Source: an uncultured Acidobacteriaceae bacterium (GTDB taxonomy: Bacteria; Acidobacteriota; Terriglobia; Terriglobales; Acidobacteriaceae). From it: a stretch of 64,000 nt of DNA. Of this stretch, positions 8,185 through 17,331 are shown in pieces (the stretch's first letter is position 1; every line of letters starts with the position of its first letter). Both the position numbers and the translations under genes were made by a program. The stretch covers positions 138,682 through 202,681 of the forward strand of contig CAWAJH010000010.1 in NCBI GenBank assembly GCA_963782285.1, written 5' to 3'. Below the pieces are notes generated by a model. It saw only the letters and a list, made by a program, of their open reading frames with translations. It made no database searches and was not told the DNA's origin.

Positions 8185-8895
8185 CTAAACGTGGGCTTCG
8201 ACGGCTTTCGATTTCAGTGCGGCTGCCTTTGCCTTGAGGGCTTCTACCTTGGCTTTGGCCTGGAGTTCAGCCGCATGACGCCGCTCCCTCGCGTTCTGCA
8301 CGCGTGCCTCTATCTTCGCGTCGAGTTGGTTGATCTTCTCCTGCAGTTTGGCCCTGCGATCAGCGTGCGCTTGTGCGAGTTCGGCCCTCATCTGCGCGAG
8401 GTCGGCCTTCATGGCGGTGATCTCTTCCTCGTGCTGGGCGTGCTTCACGTCCGACAGGGCGCGGCGAATCACTTTGCCGCCAATCGCTTCCATGCTGACA
8501 TCCACCGGAGTCGTCCAGTCTTCCCGGACCTCCGCGAGGACGGCGAACTTGCCCGGCAACAGTTCCCTGGTCACATCATCGACGAAATCGCTGCCCACTC
8601 CGGCGTTGTACAGATCGGCCGTGCTGCCTGCCAGCAGTCCGACCGTTGCGCCGATCGCCAGCCCAGCGGGTCCGCCGAGCAGGCCGATGAGGCTACCCAG
8701 CGAGGTTCCAACCAAGGTCCCGAACGGACCAGAGTCGTCCCCCTGCTTTACCGTCGCGGTATTGTCTGCGTTTTTTGCTATCACTGCGTAGGCGAAGACA
8801 GCGATGCTGCCTTCGTTTTCCAATTGCAGCAGGGCGTTCTTTCCCTCGTAGGCCTTCACTTCGTTGTCGAATACTACTACCAACATTCTGTCCAT
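8185..8895 (-). CDS. DUF1269 family membrane protein
   Basis: MLVVVFD start, Gly-zipper GSLIGLLGGPAGLAIGA, EDWTTPVD..M...GG.VIR, C-terminal coiled coil. Confidence 0.88.
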   Translation of the reverse strand: MDRMLVVVFDNEVKAYEGKNALLQLENEGSIAVFAYAVIAKNADNTATVKQGDDSGPFGTLVGTSLGSLIGLLGGPAGLAIGATVGLLAGSTADLYNAGVGSDFVDDVTRELLPGKFAVLAEVREDWTTPVDVSMEAIGGKVIRRALSDVKHAQHEEEITAMKADLAQMRAELAQAHADRRAKLQEKINQLDAKIEARVQNARERRHAAELQAKAKVEALKAKAAALKSKAVEAHV

Positions 8896-9019
8896 GATTT
8901 TGTGCTCCTGTTTTTGATTTGTCGTACGACTCTTTCAAAGCACGAGGAGCGCCAAATGGTAACCAACTCAAAACGCTGAATGTCCCCATAGAAAGCGAGC
9001 GATATCGTTGTACAAACGG

Positions 9020-9100
9020 TCGCCAATTGGCGAAACTTCGCCACGATTAAGATCGGGAAGGGACTGTTGTCAGCAACTTACGATTGGAACTTGAATTGCG
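9020..9100 (+). promoter_or_regulatory. sigma54 promoter with upstream palindromic enhancer
   Basis: TGGAACTTGAATTGC (GG-N10-GC) at 9085-9099; perfect palindrome TCGCCAATTGGCGA at 9020-9033; bEBP gene nearby. Confidence 0.7.
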
Positions 9101-9127
9101 ATGTAGTTGGCCAAGAGGGCCAGGCGG

Positions 9128-9439
9128 ATGCTGAAGATTCAGAGGTTTGCAAACGGGAAAGTGGTCTACATTTTGAGCGGCCGGATGGATACGAAACAGG
9201 CAGGAGGATTGGACAAGCTCTTCAGCGGTGAGTCTGAGGGAATCCGAATTATCGTGGACCTGAAAGACTTGACCTTGGTGGATCGAGATGCTGTTCGATT
9301 CCTCGAACGATGTGAAGCGGGTGGCGTCACGCTGGAGAACAGCCCTGCGTACATACGACTGTGGATTGACAGGGAACGGAGCCATGCAAAGTTGCGGAGT
9401 GAACATCGAAACCTCCCAGACGCGACACGGGAGGATTAA
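9128..9439 (+). CDS. STAS-like (anti-sigma antagonist-like) small protein
   Basis: LSGRM...IVDLKDLTLVDRDAVRFL...YIRLWI pattern. Confidence 0.8.
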   Translation: MLKIQRFANGKVVYILSGRMDTKQAGGLDKLFSGESEGIRIIVDLKDLTLVDRDAVRFLERCEAGGVTLENSPAYIRLWIDRERSHAKLRSEHRNLPDATRED

Positions 9440-9453
9440 AGCTTTGGCCGTTC

Positions 9454-10917
9454 TCAGCCGTTGAGGGATTTGAAGCGGTTCTTGTCGATTTTCAGCGACC
9501 TGATCTTCGACTCCAAGGTGGACCGTGGGATGCCCAGCCTGGTTGCAGCGCCCAGCGGTCCGAAGACCCGGCCTCCTGTCTCCTTCAGCGCACTCTCAAT
9601 CATCTCTTTCTCCTGCTCGGCAACCTTCTGAGAAAGTTCAGCCTGTGCCTTCGACTCGGCTGCCCGGGGCTGCCGAGATAGCCAACTATCATCGATCGAG
9701 AAGTTCTCCGACTCGCAAACGATCACCGATCGCTCAATGACGTTCTGCAGCTCGCGTATATTGCCAGGCCAGGGATAGGCTTGCAGCAGCTCCAAGCTGC
9801 GCTTGCTCATCCGCCGGATGGTCCTGCCCATTCTCCTTGCGTAGCGGTTGATGAAATACTCAACAAGCAAGGGAATGTCCTCTCTACGCTCCCGTAGCGG
9901 CGGAACCTCGATGGGAAAGACGTGTAGCCGGTAGAAGAGATCGCTGCGGAAGGCACCGTCGGCCACCGCTGCTTCCAGATCGCGGTTGGTCGCGGCAATC
10001 ACGCGCACTTCGGCGCGGATGTTGGCGTTTCCGCCCACGCGTTCAAACTCGCGCTCTTGCAGGACACGCAGGAGGGCGACCTGGGTTTCAGGCGGAAGCT
10101 CGCCAATCTCGTCGAGAAAGATCGTACCTCCTTCGGCCAATTCGAAGCGGCCGAGGCGGCGCTGAGTGGCCCCTGTAAAAGCTCCCTTTTCATGGCCGAA
10201 CAACTCCGAAGCGATCAGATCGCGAGGGACCGCTGCACAATTCACACTCACAAAGGCTCGCCCGGCGCGCCGGGAACGCTTGTGGATGGCGCGGGCGATC
10301 AACTCCTTGCCGGTCCCGGTCTCGCCGGTGACGAGGACAGTGGAGTCGGTTGGCGCGACTTTGGCGACGCGCGCGAGCACCGAGTTCAAGGCGGGCGAAG
10401 CGCCAACGATCTCCTCAAACATCGATGCCTGGTCTATTTCGTCGCGTAAGGCGATGTTCTCTCGGAAGAGTTGGTCCCTCAACCTCTTAATTTCATCGAG
10501 AGCATGTCGGAGACTAACTTCGGCCTGCTTCCGATCCTCTATGTCTATGCTCGATCCAAACCATTTGACGATGGCGCCGTCCTGGTCGCGGAAGGCATCC
10601 TTTTGGTGGATCATCCAGCGATATTGCCCGTCCGCCCGGCGGACGCGCGATTCTTCCTGAAAGGGCTCACCCGTCGCGATGGAAGTACGCCACTTCTCTA
10701 CGAAAACCTCGACATCTTCGGGATGAATACAGGCAGTCCACCGCCAGCCGAGTAGATCCGCTTGCGATAGACCAACAAAATCCAGCCATCTCTGATTGAA
10801 GAAATCGAGATGGCCATCCGGCCGAGCAGTGTGGATCAGCGCCGGGGCTGAATCAATGACACGTCGAAGGTCGACGGCCTGCCAGGGCGGTTCTGAGCTT
10901 GGCCCGCCAGGAGTCAT
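9454..10917 (-). CDS. PAS-domain sigma54-dependent Fis-family activator (FhlA-like)
   Basis: PAS domain, GETGTGKE Walker A, GAFTGA, FLDEIGE, WPGNIREL, C-terminal HTH. Confidence 0.95.
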   Translation of the reverse strand: MTPGGPSSEPPWQAVDLRRVIDSAPALIHTARPDGHLDFFNQRWLDFVGLSQADLLGWRWTACIHPEDVEVFVEKWRTSIATGEPFQEESRVRRADGQYRWMIHQKDAFRDQDGAIVKWFGSSIDIEDRKQAEVSLRHALDEIKRLRDQLFRENIALRDEIDQASMFEEIVGASPALNSVLARVAKVAPTDSTVLVTGETGTGKELIARAIHKRSRRAGRAFVSVNCAAVPRDLIASELFGHEKGAFTGATQRRLGRFELAEGGTIFLDEIGELPPETQVALLRVLQEREFERVGGNANIRAEVRVIAATNRDLEAAVADGAFRSDLFYRLHVFPIEVPPLRERREDIPLLVEYFINRYARRMGRTIRRMSKRSLELLQAYPWPGNIRELQNVIERSVIVCESENFSIDDSWLSRQPRAAESKAQAELSQKVAEQEKEMIESALKETGGRVFGPLGAATRLGIPRSTLESKIRSLKIDKNRFKSLNG

Positions 10918-11422
10918 GCTGTGAATATTACCGGGAACCTGGCTGTGCGGGATAGCGAAATCAGGCGGGGCGTCGCTTGTTCCAATCTCAGCGTATCTAA
11001 GGGATTTTTTGCCAAAAAGCCAAATTCAACCGGACATTACTAATGAGAAGTCGGCTTTGCGGGCGGGAAGTTGATCGTGATGGCCGGGGATGAAATCGAT
11101 CGGTTTTGGGGCAGGGTAAGAACGCGGCTGCGCCGCGTGGATTGTTTTTCAAAATATGTTTGGCGCGAGGCTCCCAGGCTTGCGCCGTGGGGCTAACGTC
11201 TGTCGCGTGCTGAAGCGTGCGATATCCCACCCTAGCCGGGTGCCACATCAAAGCTTTGCTAGGGCCAGATGGTCTTTGCTGGCTCGCTCCCCGTCCTCTC
11301 GTACCTCGCTCCACTCCCTCTTTCAGTCAAGCCCCAGTTCCTGTGACTCGCTCCATCCAAGCCACTTAACTTTGCGGGATATTGCGCCGTTTCCCGCACA
11401 ATCAAGATGAGCGCAGGAACCA

Positions 11423-11767
11423 ATGAGAAACATCACCGTAGCCATAACCGCCGGACACCTGCTACCGGCTCGCATCTGGCCCGCAAAGCACATGACTTCC
11501 GTCTCACGCATCGTCGCCAAAACCGCGCGGCAAATCGCGGAGCAATCCCCCACCGGTGCCCCTCCCGCTTTTTTTAATCCGGGCTGTGAAACTGTGGGCC
11601 GCGCCGAATCAACAACTTGGGGGCCACAGTTTCACAGTTCCACAGGCTCCACAGGCTCACCCACCGGCATACCCGATCGTGGCAACCATCGAGGCGCCTT
11701 ACTGCCTCTACGCCGAAGAGCTGCACTGAAAGTGGTGCGCGCGGTAACCCACCCTGGCGGAGCTTGA
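11423..11767 (+). CDS. Possible degenerate ribbon-helix-helix (DUF6364-like) protein
   Basis: AGGA RBS; MRNITVAI...ARIW.AK..TSVS.IV resembles an RHH N-terminus; the tail runs into CTGTGAAA repeats. Confidence 0.4.
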   Translation: MRNITVAITAGHLLPARIWPAKHMTSVSRIVAKTARQIAEQSPTGAPPAFFNPGCETVGRAESTTWGPQFHSSTGSTGSPTGIPDRGNHRGALLPLRRRAALKVVRAVTHPGGA

Positions 11768-11890
11768 ATCCTTCGGCTGCGCTCAGGACAGGCTTCGGGC
11801 ACCCCCGAGGTTTGGACACGACCGAAGTCGCGCCCTTTCAGAACGGCATTTATGCAACCGGTTCTGAGGTGATGAGACCGCGATGCAAGG

Positions 11891-13957
11891 CTATCGGGGT
11901 GCGAGCAGCCGGTAAATGAGAAGGCAAGCGTCACCGCGTGTGAGTGCGGCGTCGGCGGCCAATGTTTGCCGGGCCATCTGGGCCTGGATGGCGGCCATTC
12001 CGGCATGTTTCGCAAACGCATCGCCACTCGTAAGCATTTGGGCGAAGGCTTCCGCGTTGATTGGGCTGCCTGCGGGGGCAGAGGCAGCCAGTGTGCGTGC
12101 GCGCAGATTACCGTCTGAGTTGCCGGCCGCGATTTCATTTGCGCTGGCCGCCCAATGACCGGCGGTGAATGCGAGAAGCGGATCGGCGGGACGGGCGTTG
12201 AAGGAATCGAAGAATCCTTTTGTCGCGAGGGCATTGACGGCCGGAACCCATGGGGCGTCGGTGCTCATATCGAAGTCATTAAAGAACGACAGCATCATGC
12301 GGTGGTCGGCCAGGTCACGCTGCAATTCCGCGACCGGGATGAGCGCGGGATCAACGCCACGCCTGCGAGCATGAGCGGCCGCGAAACCGGCGGCCTCGCC
12401 GATGTGCATCCATGTAGGCTCGAGGCGGACGGTTCCCCAACCGACGTGGGATGTGGAGATGCAGACCGTGACGAGCAAATTGTCGATGTCCTTGGGCAAT
12501 AGCGTTCGATATGGAATTTGCGAGGGACGAGTGAGTTCGGAAAGGCTCAACAAGCCTTCATCGCTGCTGCCGGGCTGGCGTTCGCGGCTGACCTGCTGCA
12601 GGTCGATATACCAATCCGCTATAGCGATGCCGTCATCCTGGATGGGCGGACGATCGTAACCGCGGGCAAAGGTCGCATCTTGCTCTTCGAAGATGTAGCG
12701 TCCGACGATGCGACGGGCTTCGCGGACGTAAAGTTCGTAGGGGAAGTTCTGGTTGTCGACGAATTCGTCGTTGGCCAGACCCCACTGGCGAGCCTCCTGG
12801 CGGCGCTTTTCCGGGACCCAGGGATCGTTCTGCAAAAAGTACATGCGGCCCAGCGCGAAGTCGCGATAACGCGCTTCGATTTTGTGGCGCGTGGGCCAGT
12901 CGCCGTTCGGATAGGCGTAGTTGGCAACGGTCAGATTCTCCCACCAAGTCGTCTTCTGATTGATCAGGTGCTTGCCGACGCGAGGGAAGTTCTCAGAATA
13001 AGTGTCGATGAACTCCTGGCGATCGTAGCTGGCAGGCTTTTCAGGATAGCGGCGGTTGTTGGGATCGCAAGAGACCCAAAGACGATAGTTCCACGCTTCG
13101 ACCTTGTTGTCGCCCTCACCGGTGCTGCCTGCGAAGGTTTCGCCGGAGATTGCGCTGACGGGACGGAGATTGAGGTCGCCGGTGACCGCCGCACGCGGGA
13201 AGAGCGCGTCATCAGACGATGGCCGGCGTTGCAGCGAGAAGATCCGGCCGGCGTGAGGCTCGTTGAACTCGTTGCGATCTTCGCGCCCTACGCGGTGCTC
13301 GACGCTAGCTGCGGCCGCGAGATCCGCGGTATAGGTTGCGTCGACAAAGATCTTTGCCGCGACTCGGACATTGCCGTGAACGGTTTCACTGGCGAGTGTG
13401 ACGGATTGGATGATGCGGCCGTTGCGTTCGACATGTGCCGGGTAATAGCCCTTGAGGACGGTGATGTTCTTCTCTGCGGCGACCATGGCGTTGAGCACCG
13501 CCTCGCCAACGCTGGGCTCGAAGCTCAGACGACTGTCCGGCGCCAAGCGCGGGCCGGGACGCGCGGTCTTGTATTGAGGCGAATTCTCGCCGTACTTCGA
13601 GCGATAGAAATCGAGGACGCGCTGCTGGAATTCGTCGAGGATGATCGCGCGTTTGCCGCCGTACATGGCATCCAACACGCCGATCCCGCCGCTGATCATT
13701 CCGCCCAAATGCGCAGTGCGGTCGACCAGCAGGACACGGAGCCCTTCTCTCGCAGCGCGGACGGCACAGGCAATCCCTCCGGGTGTCGCTTCGATCACGG
13801 CGAGGTCGTACGTGATCGCAGCGATGCGGGCGGGATCGGATGCCGGGCTGGAATCGATCTGACCGGCAAGGGCCGCCGGAGAAAGGTCAGCCGCGATGAT
13901 TGGAGCAGCGGCGGCCATACTTGCCTTTTTCAAGAAATCCCGGCGTGAATCACTCAT
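11891..13957 (-). CDS. Tat-exported FAD-dependent oxidoreductase (FAD_oxidored family)
   Basis: SRRDFLK Tat motif; GGIACAVRAAREG, FVDATYTADLA, LYVREARR, IPYRTLLP, RLEPTWM motifs. Confidence 0.9.
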   Translation of the reverse strand: MSDSRRDFLKKASMAAAAPIIAADLSPAALAGQIDSSPASDPARIAAITYDLAVIEATPGGIACAVRAAREGLRVLLVDRTAHLGGMISGGIGVLDAMYGGKRAIILDEFQQRVLDFYRSKYGENSPQYKTARPGPRLAPDSRLSFEPSVGEAVLNAMVAAEKNITVLKGYYPAHVERNGRIIQSVTLASETVHGNVRVAAKIFVDATYTADLAAAASVEHRVGREDRNEFNEPHAGRIFSLQRRPSSDDALFPRAAVTGDLNLRPVSAISGETFAGSTGEGDNKVEAWNYRLWVSCDPNNRRYPEKPASYDRQEFIDTYSENFPRVGKHLINQKTTWWENLTVANYAYPNGDWPTRHKIEARYRDFALGRMYFLQNDPWVPEKRRQEARQWGLANDEFVDNQNFPYELYVREARRIVGRYIFEEQDATFARGYDRPPIQDDGIAIADWYIDLQQVSRERQPGSSDEGLLSLSELTRPSQIPYRTLLPKDIDNLLVTVCISTSHVGWGTVRLEPTWMHIGEAAGFAAAHARRRGVDPALIPVAELQRDLADHRMMLSFFNDFDMSTDAPWVPAVNALATKGFFDSFNARPADPLLAFTAGHWAASANEIAAGNSDGNLRARTLAASAPAGSPINAEAFAQMLTSGDAFAKHAGMAAIQAQMARQTLAADAALTRGDACLLIYRLLAPR

Positions 13958-14046
13958 CGAGTTGATCTCCCTGTATCGATTTTGCGACCGTTTTGAGCTT
14001 ACCTTGAGACGATGCCTTAGCGAATCGTCCTGGCTCGCCGGGTGAA

Positions 14047-14088
14047 TTGACAAGGGACAACAAGTTGAGTTACTTTGCGATGTAAAGT
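14047..14088 (+). promoter_or_regulatory. sigma70 promoter overlapped by operator ACTTT-N7-AAAGT
   Basis: TTGACA-N18-TACTTT; palindrome ACTTTGCGATGTAAAGT at 14072-14088; second copy at 15107-15123. Confidence 0.7.
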
Positions 14089-14097
14089 GAGACAGGA

Positions 14098-14712
14098 ATG
14101 CAGGACCTGAATAAGGCGCTGGGCGACATTAGCAGCATCCGGATGCAGGTGGCGCGCAGCACGGATTTTCGTGGCTACGGTCCGGCGACGCTGGCGGCGA
14201 CGGGAGTGCTGGCGCTGGCGGCGGCGACGGCGCAGTGGCGATGGCTGCCCGACGCAAGGCGGCATGTCTGGATCTATCTGGCGGTATGGATTGCGACGGC
14301 AGGGGTGAGCGCGGCGGTGATTAGCGTGGAGATGTATGCACGGACGCGGCGAATCCACGAGGGCATGGCCGACGAAATGATCCGGATGGCGGTGGAGCAA
14401 TTTTTGCCGTCGGTGGCGGCGGGATTGTTGATGACGTTTGTGCTGGTGCGGTATGTGCCCGCGGCGGCGTGGATGCTGCCGGGAGTATGGCAGGTGATTT
14501 TCAGCCTGGGAGTGTTTTCATCCTGCCGGTTTTTGCCGAGGCCAATGCTGGCGGCGGGCGTGTGGTACCTGATGACGGGGGCGTTCTGCATTTCGCTGGG
14601 AGGCGCACGCGCATTTTCGCCTTGGGCGATGGGGATTCCTTACGGCGTGGGACAACTGCTGGTGGCGGGCGTTCTGGTCTACGCATCGCGGGAGGTGAGA
14701 GATGAAGGCTAA
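14098..14712 (+). CDS. Integral membrane hypothetical protein
   Basis: AGGA RBS; ~6 TM segments; overlaps start of the HTH gene. Confidence 0.85.
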   Translation: MQDLNKALGDISSIRMQVARSTDFRGYGPATLAATGVLALAAATAQWRWLPDARRHVWIYLAVWIATAGVSAAVISVEMYARTRRIHEGMADEMIRMAVEQFLPSVAAGLLMTFVLVRYVPAAAWMLPGVWQVIFSLGVFSSCRFLPRPMLAAGVWYLMTGAFCISLGGARAFSPWAMGIPYGVGQLLVAGVLVYASREVRDEG

Positions 14713-15091
14713 GGCGCGGCCCAGCGAAGGGCGTTTTGCGTATGAGGGGTTGGACAGGGTCATCCATGAGCGGGCGCGATTGAGCGTGTTGACGAGCCTG
14801 ATGACGAATGCGAAGGGACTGACCTTTAACGACCTGAAGGAGTTGTGCGCGCTGACCGACGGCAACCTGAGCCGCCATTTGCGGGTATTGGAACAGGCAA
14901 AGATGGTGGAGATTGTGAAGGGACACGACCGCAACCGGCCGCTGACGGTTTGCCGGATTACGGCGTCAGGGCGGAAAAGCTATCTCGAGTATCTGACGAC
15001 GCTGGAGCAGGTGATCCGGGATGCTGCGAGCGGAAAGAAGGCAGAGGGCGCGGCACGGCTGGTGCGGGGCTGGGCGGAATCGCAGGCGTGA
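14702..15091 (+). CDS. Winged-helix transcriptional regulator (HTH_34/ArsR-like)
   Basis: LDRVIHERARL...LTDGNLSRHL...T.SGR motif. Confidence 0.9.
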   Translation: MKAKARPSEGRFAYEGLDRVIHERARLSVLTSLMTNAKGLTFNDLKELCALTDGNLSRHLRVLEQAKMVEIVKGHDRNRPLTVCRITASGRKSYLEYLTTLEQVIRDAASGKKAEGAARLVRGWAESQA

Positions 15092-15135
15092 GTTTTTTGT
15101 GGAATGACTTTGCGACGCAAAGCGGAGGAGGACGG

Positions 15136-15204
15136 CCCTCGGCGGCTAAAGCCGCGTTGGTATGGGATGGAATACGGCACGGCTTAAGCCGAGCCCTTTC
15201 AAAA
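15136..15204 (+). repeat. REP-like intergenic element (GGCTAAAGCC...CGGCACG...GCCCTTTC family)
   Basis: Related copies at ~11790-11845, 22338-22408 and 50192-50261. Confidence 0.65.
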
Positions 15205-15298
15205 AGGCGAGGCACAGACGGCTTTGAGGAGGCGGTACGGTCGTGCTTTTTCAAAAGAATTTCATGTCGAGAGTTTGCTTAGCGGAGGCATAGAGGGA

Positions 15299-16096
15299 AT
15301 GGCAGGTGAAGGCAGGAATGGATTGCACGTGGCGATCATTATGGATGGGAACGGGCGCTGGGCGACGCGGCGGGGGTTGCCTCGCGTGGCTGGGCATCGG
15401 GCGGGAGTGTTGGCGGCACGGCGGGTTGTGGAGCGTGCGAGCGAGGCCGGGGTTCAATGCCTGACGCTCTACGCGTTTTCGTCGGACAACTGGCGGCGGC
15501 CGGCGGCGGAAGTAGAGCGCGTCTTCTGGCTTCTGCGAGCGTTTCTGCGGATGGAAATGGCTAGGCTGCGGGCGCGCGGAGTGCGGTTTGAGGCAATCGG
15601 GCGGCGCGATCGGGTCCCTGAGGCGGCGCTAGGCGCGATTGAGAAGGCTGAGACGGCGACGGCGGGCGGGCGCGGATTACATTTGCGCGTAGCGATTGAC
15701 TACTCAGCCCGCGATGCCATTGCTCGTGCAGCGTGTGGGGCAGCGGGCGGCGAAGAACTGACGCAAGCAGAGCGGATGCAAGGCTCGATGACACGCATTC
15801 TGACCGGAGACTGCGGCGACGTGGATTTGCTGATTCGCACCGGAGGCGAGAAGCGGCTGTCGGATTTTCTGTTGTGGGAGTGCGCGTACGCGGAACTGGA
15901 GTTTACTGAGCGGATGTGGCCGGAGTTCGATGGGGCGGATCTGGATGCGGCGATTGCGGAATTCCGGCACCGTGAACGGCGATTTGGGGGAGTGTCTGAA
16001 GAGCAAGGAGAGAGGGCCAGAGGGACCAAGGGAGCCTGCGAGCGAAAAGCACAGATCGAAGTGGCAGGAATCTGCGTGCGCGCCGGCATGGCTTAA
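15299..16096 (+). CDS. uppS: cis-prenyltransferase (undecaprenyl/polyprenyl diphosphate synthase)
   Basis: HVAIIMDGNGRWA, LYAFSSDNWRRP, DLLIRTGGEKRLSDFLLWE, RRFGG. Confidence 0.95.
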   Translation: MAGEGRNGLHVAIIMDGNGRWATRRGLPRVAGHRAGVLAARRVVERASEAGVQCLTLYAFSSDNWRRPAAEVERVFWLLRAFLRMEMARLRARGVRFEAIGRRDRVPEAALGAIEKAETATAGGRGLHLRVAIDYSARDAIARAACGAAGGEELTQAERMQGSMTRILTGDCGDVDLLIRTGGEKRLSDFLLWECAYAELEFTERMWPEFDGADLDAAIAEFRHRERRFGGVSEEQGERARGTKGACERKAQIEVAGICVRAGMA

Positions 16097-16702
16097 CGGG
16101 CGCCCGGAACGGCCGGTATCCTGCTCGTTGTTCCGGAGGAATAGTAATAGGACGGCGGCTGATCGATTGAAGCTTTGGTGTGCTGGGGAGTGTGCCTTGT
16201 GCATCTCTAGGCGTTGGGTTGGGATGATGGAAGGGCAGCGGAACCCGGAAGAGGGATCAGGGGTCAAAGGGCAGGTCAGCGAATCTGCAGGTTAGCAAGA
16301 CCCGAGCGGTAGAGAAGAGCCGCCACCTGGGAGCGTAACTTTTTCAAGTTTTGGCAAGTTGGCGCGGTGCTCGGCAAGGCGAGTTGGCAGGTAGGCAAAG
16401 GGTTTTCTAATGCGTGGGATGCGCCGGCGTGGGAGAGACTTGTGCTGTGAGTTCGGGGGAAAGTTTCGGTAATGGAACGAGAAGCGAGTAGGCCGGCCGG
16501 ACAACGGCGGATAGGAAAGGAGGGCAAATTGAGACCGCCGAGCATTTTGGGCTTTGCAAGACCTGAGGGGGTGAGACTAATATAGCGGCTGTCGGTTGCC
16601 TCATTCCCCTTCGGTGCGGCAAAACGAACTCCACAGCCCGGAGCAACCGGGCCACTGCAACGCAAGCCAACTTCGAACGATCCTGAACCCGGAGACAATG
16701 CC

Positions 16703-17329
16703 ATGCCGGAGATGGAAGATCCCAATACGATTGAGACCCAAAGTCACCAGGTCACACGCCGCAGGTTCATCCTGGGCGTGATCGCAGGCGGCGCCGTGGT
16801 AGGCGCAGCGAGCTACAAAATTCTGTCGCCCGGCCATGCCAGGAGCTTCAACAGCGAGCGGCTGATCACGCTGAACGTGAACGGCAAGCCACGCCGCGTG
16901 GAAGTAATGAAGCAGGAGACGCTGGCGTGGACGCTGCGCTACAAGCTGGGGCTGACGGGCACCAAGCTGGGCTGCGACCGCGCCGAATGCGGAGCCTGCA
17001 CGGTGCTGCTGGACGATGTGCCGCACTATAGTTGTTCGGTGCTGACGAACACGGTCCGGGGCAAGCAGGTAACGACGATCGAGGGTTTGGCGGCGGCGGA
17101 TGGAACGCTGCATCCCGTGCAGAAAGCGGTGGTGGATGAGCAGGGATTCCAGTGCGCGTTCTGCATGTCGGGCTTTGTGATGTCTGGGGTCGGTTTCCTG
17201 AAGAAGAATCCCAACCCGACCCGGGCGGAACTGGCGCATGGCATCAGCGGCAATCTGTGCCGCTGCCAGGACTACTCCAAGATTCTGGACGCGATGATGC
17301 AGGGCGCAGAGAACATGAGGAGGGCGTAA
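16703..17329 (+). CDS. XDH/PaoA-family 2x[2Fe-2S] subunit with twin-arginine signal
   Basis: TRRRFI + hydrophobic stretch; GTKLGCDRAECGACTV, QCAFC, GNLCRC. Confidence 0.93.
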   Translation: MPEMEDPNTIETQSHQVTRRRFILGVIAGGAVVGAASYKILSPGHARSFNSERLITLNVNGKPRRVEVMKQETLAWTLRYKLGLTGTKLGCDRAECGACTVLLDDVPHYSCSVLTNTVRGKQVTTIEGLAAADGTLHPVQKAVVDEQGFQCAFCMSGFVMSGVGFLKKNPNPTRAELAHGISGNLCRCQDYSKILDAMMQGAENMRRA

Positions 17330-17331
17330 CC

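Noticed and set aside
16590-16700. Moco riboswitch upstream of the molybdoenzyme
   Set aside because: Only short hairpins are visible; the conserved motif elements were not recognisable.
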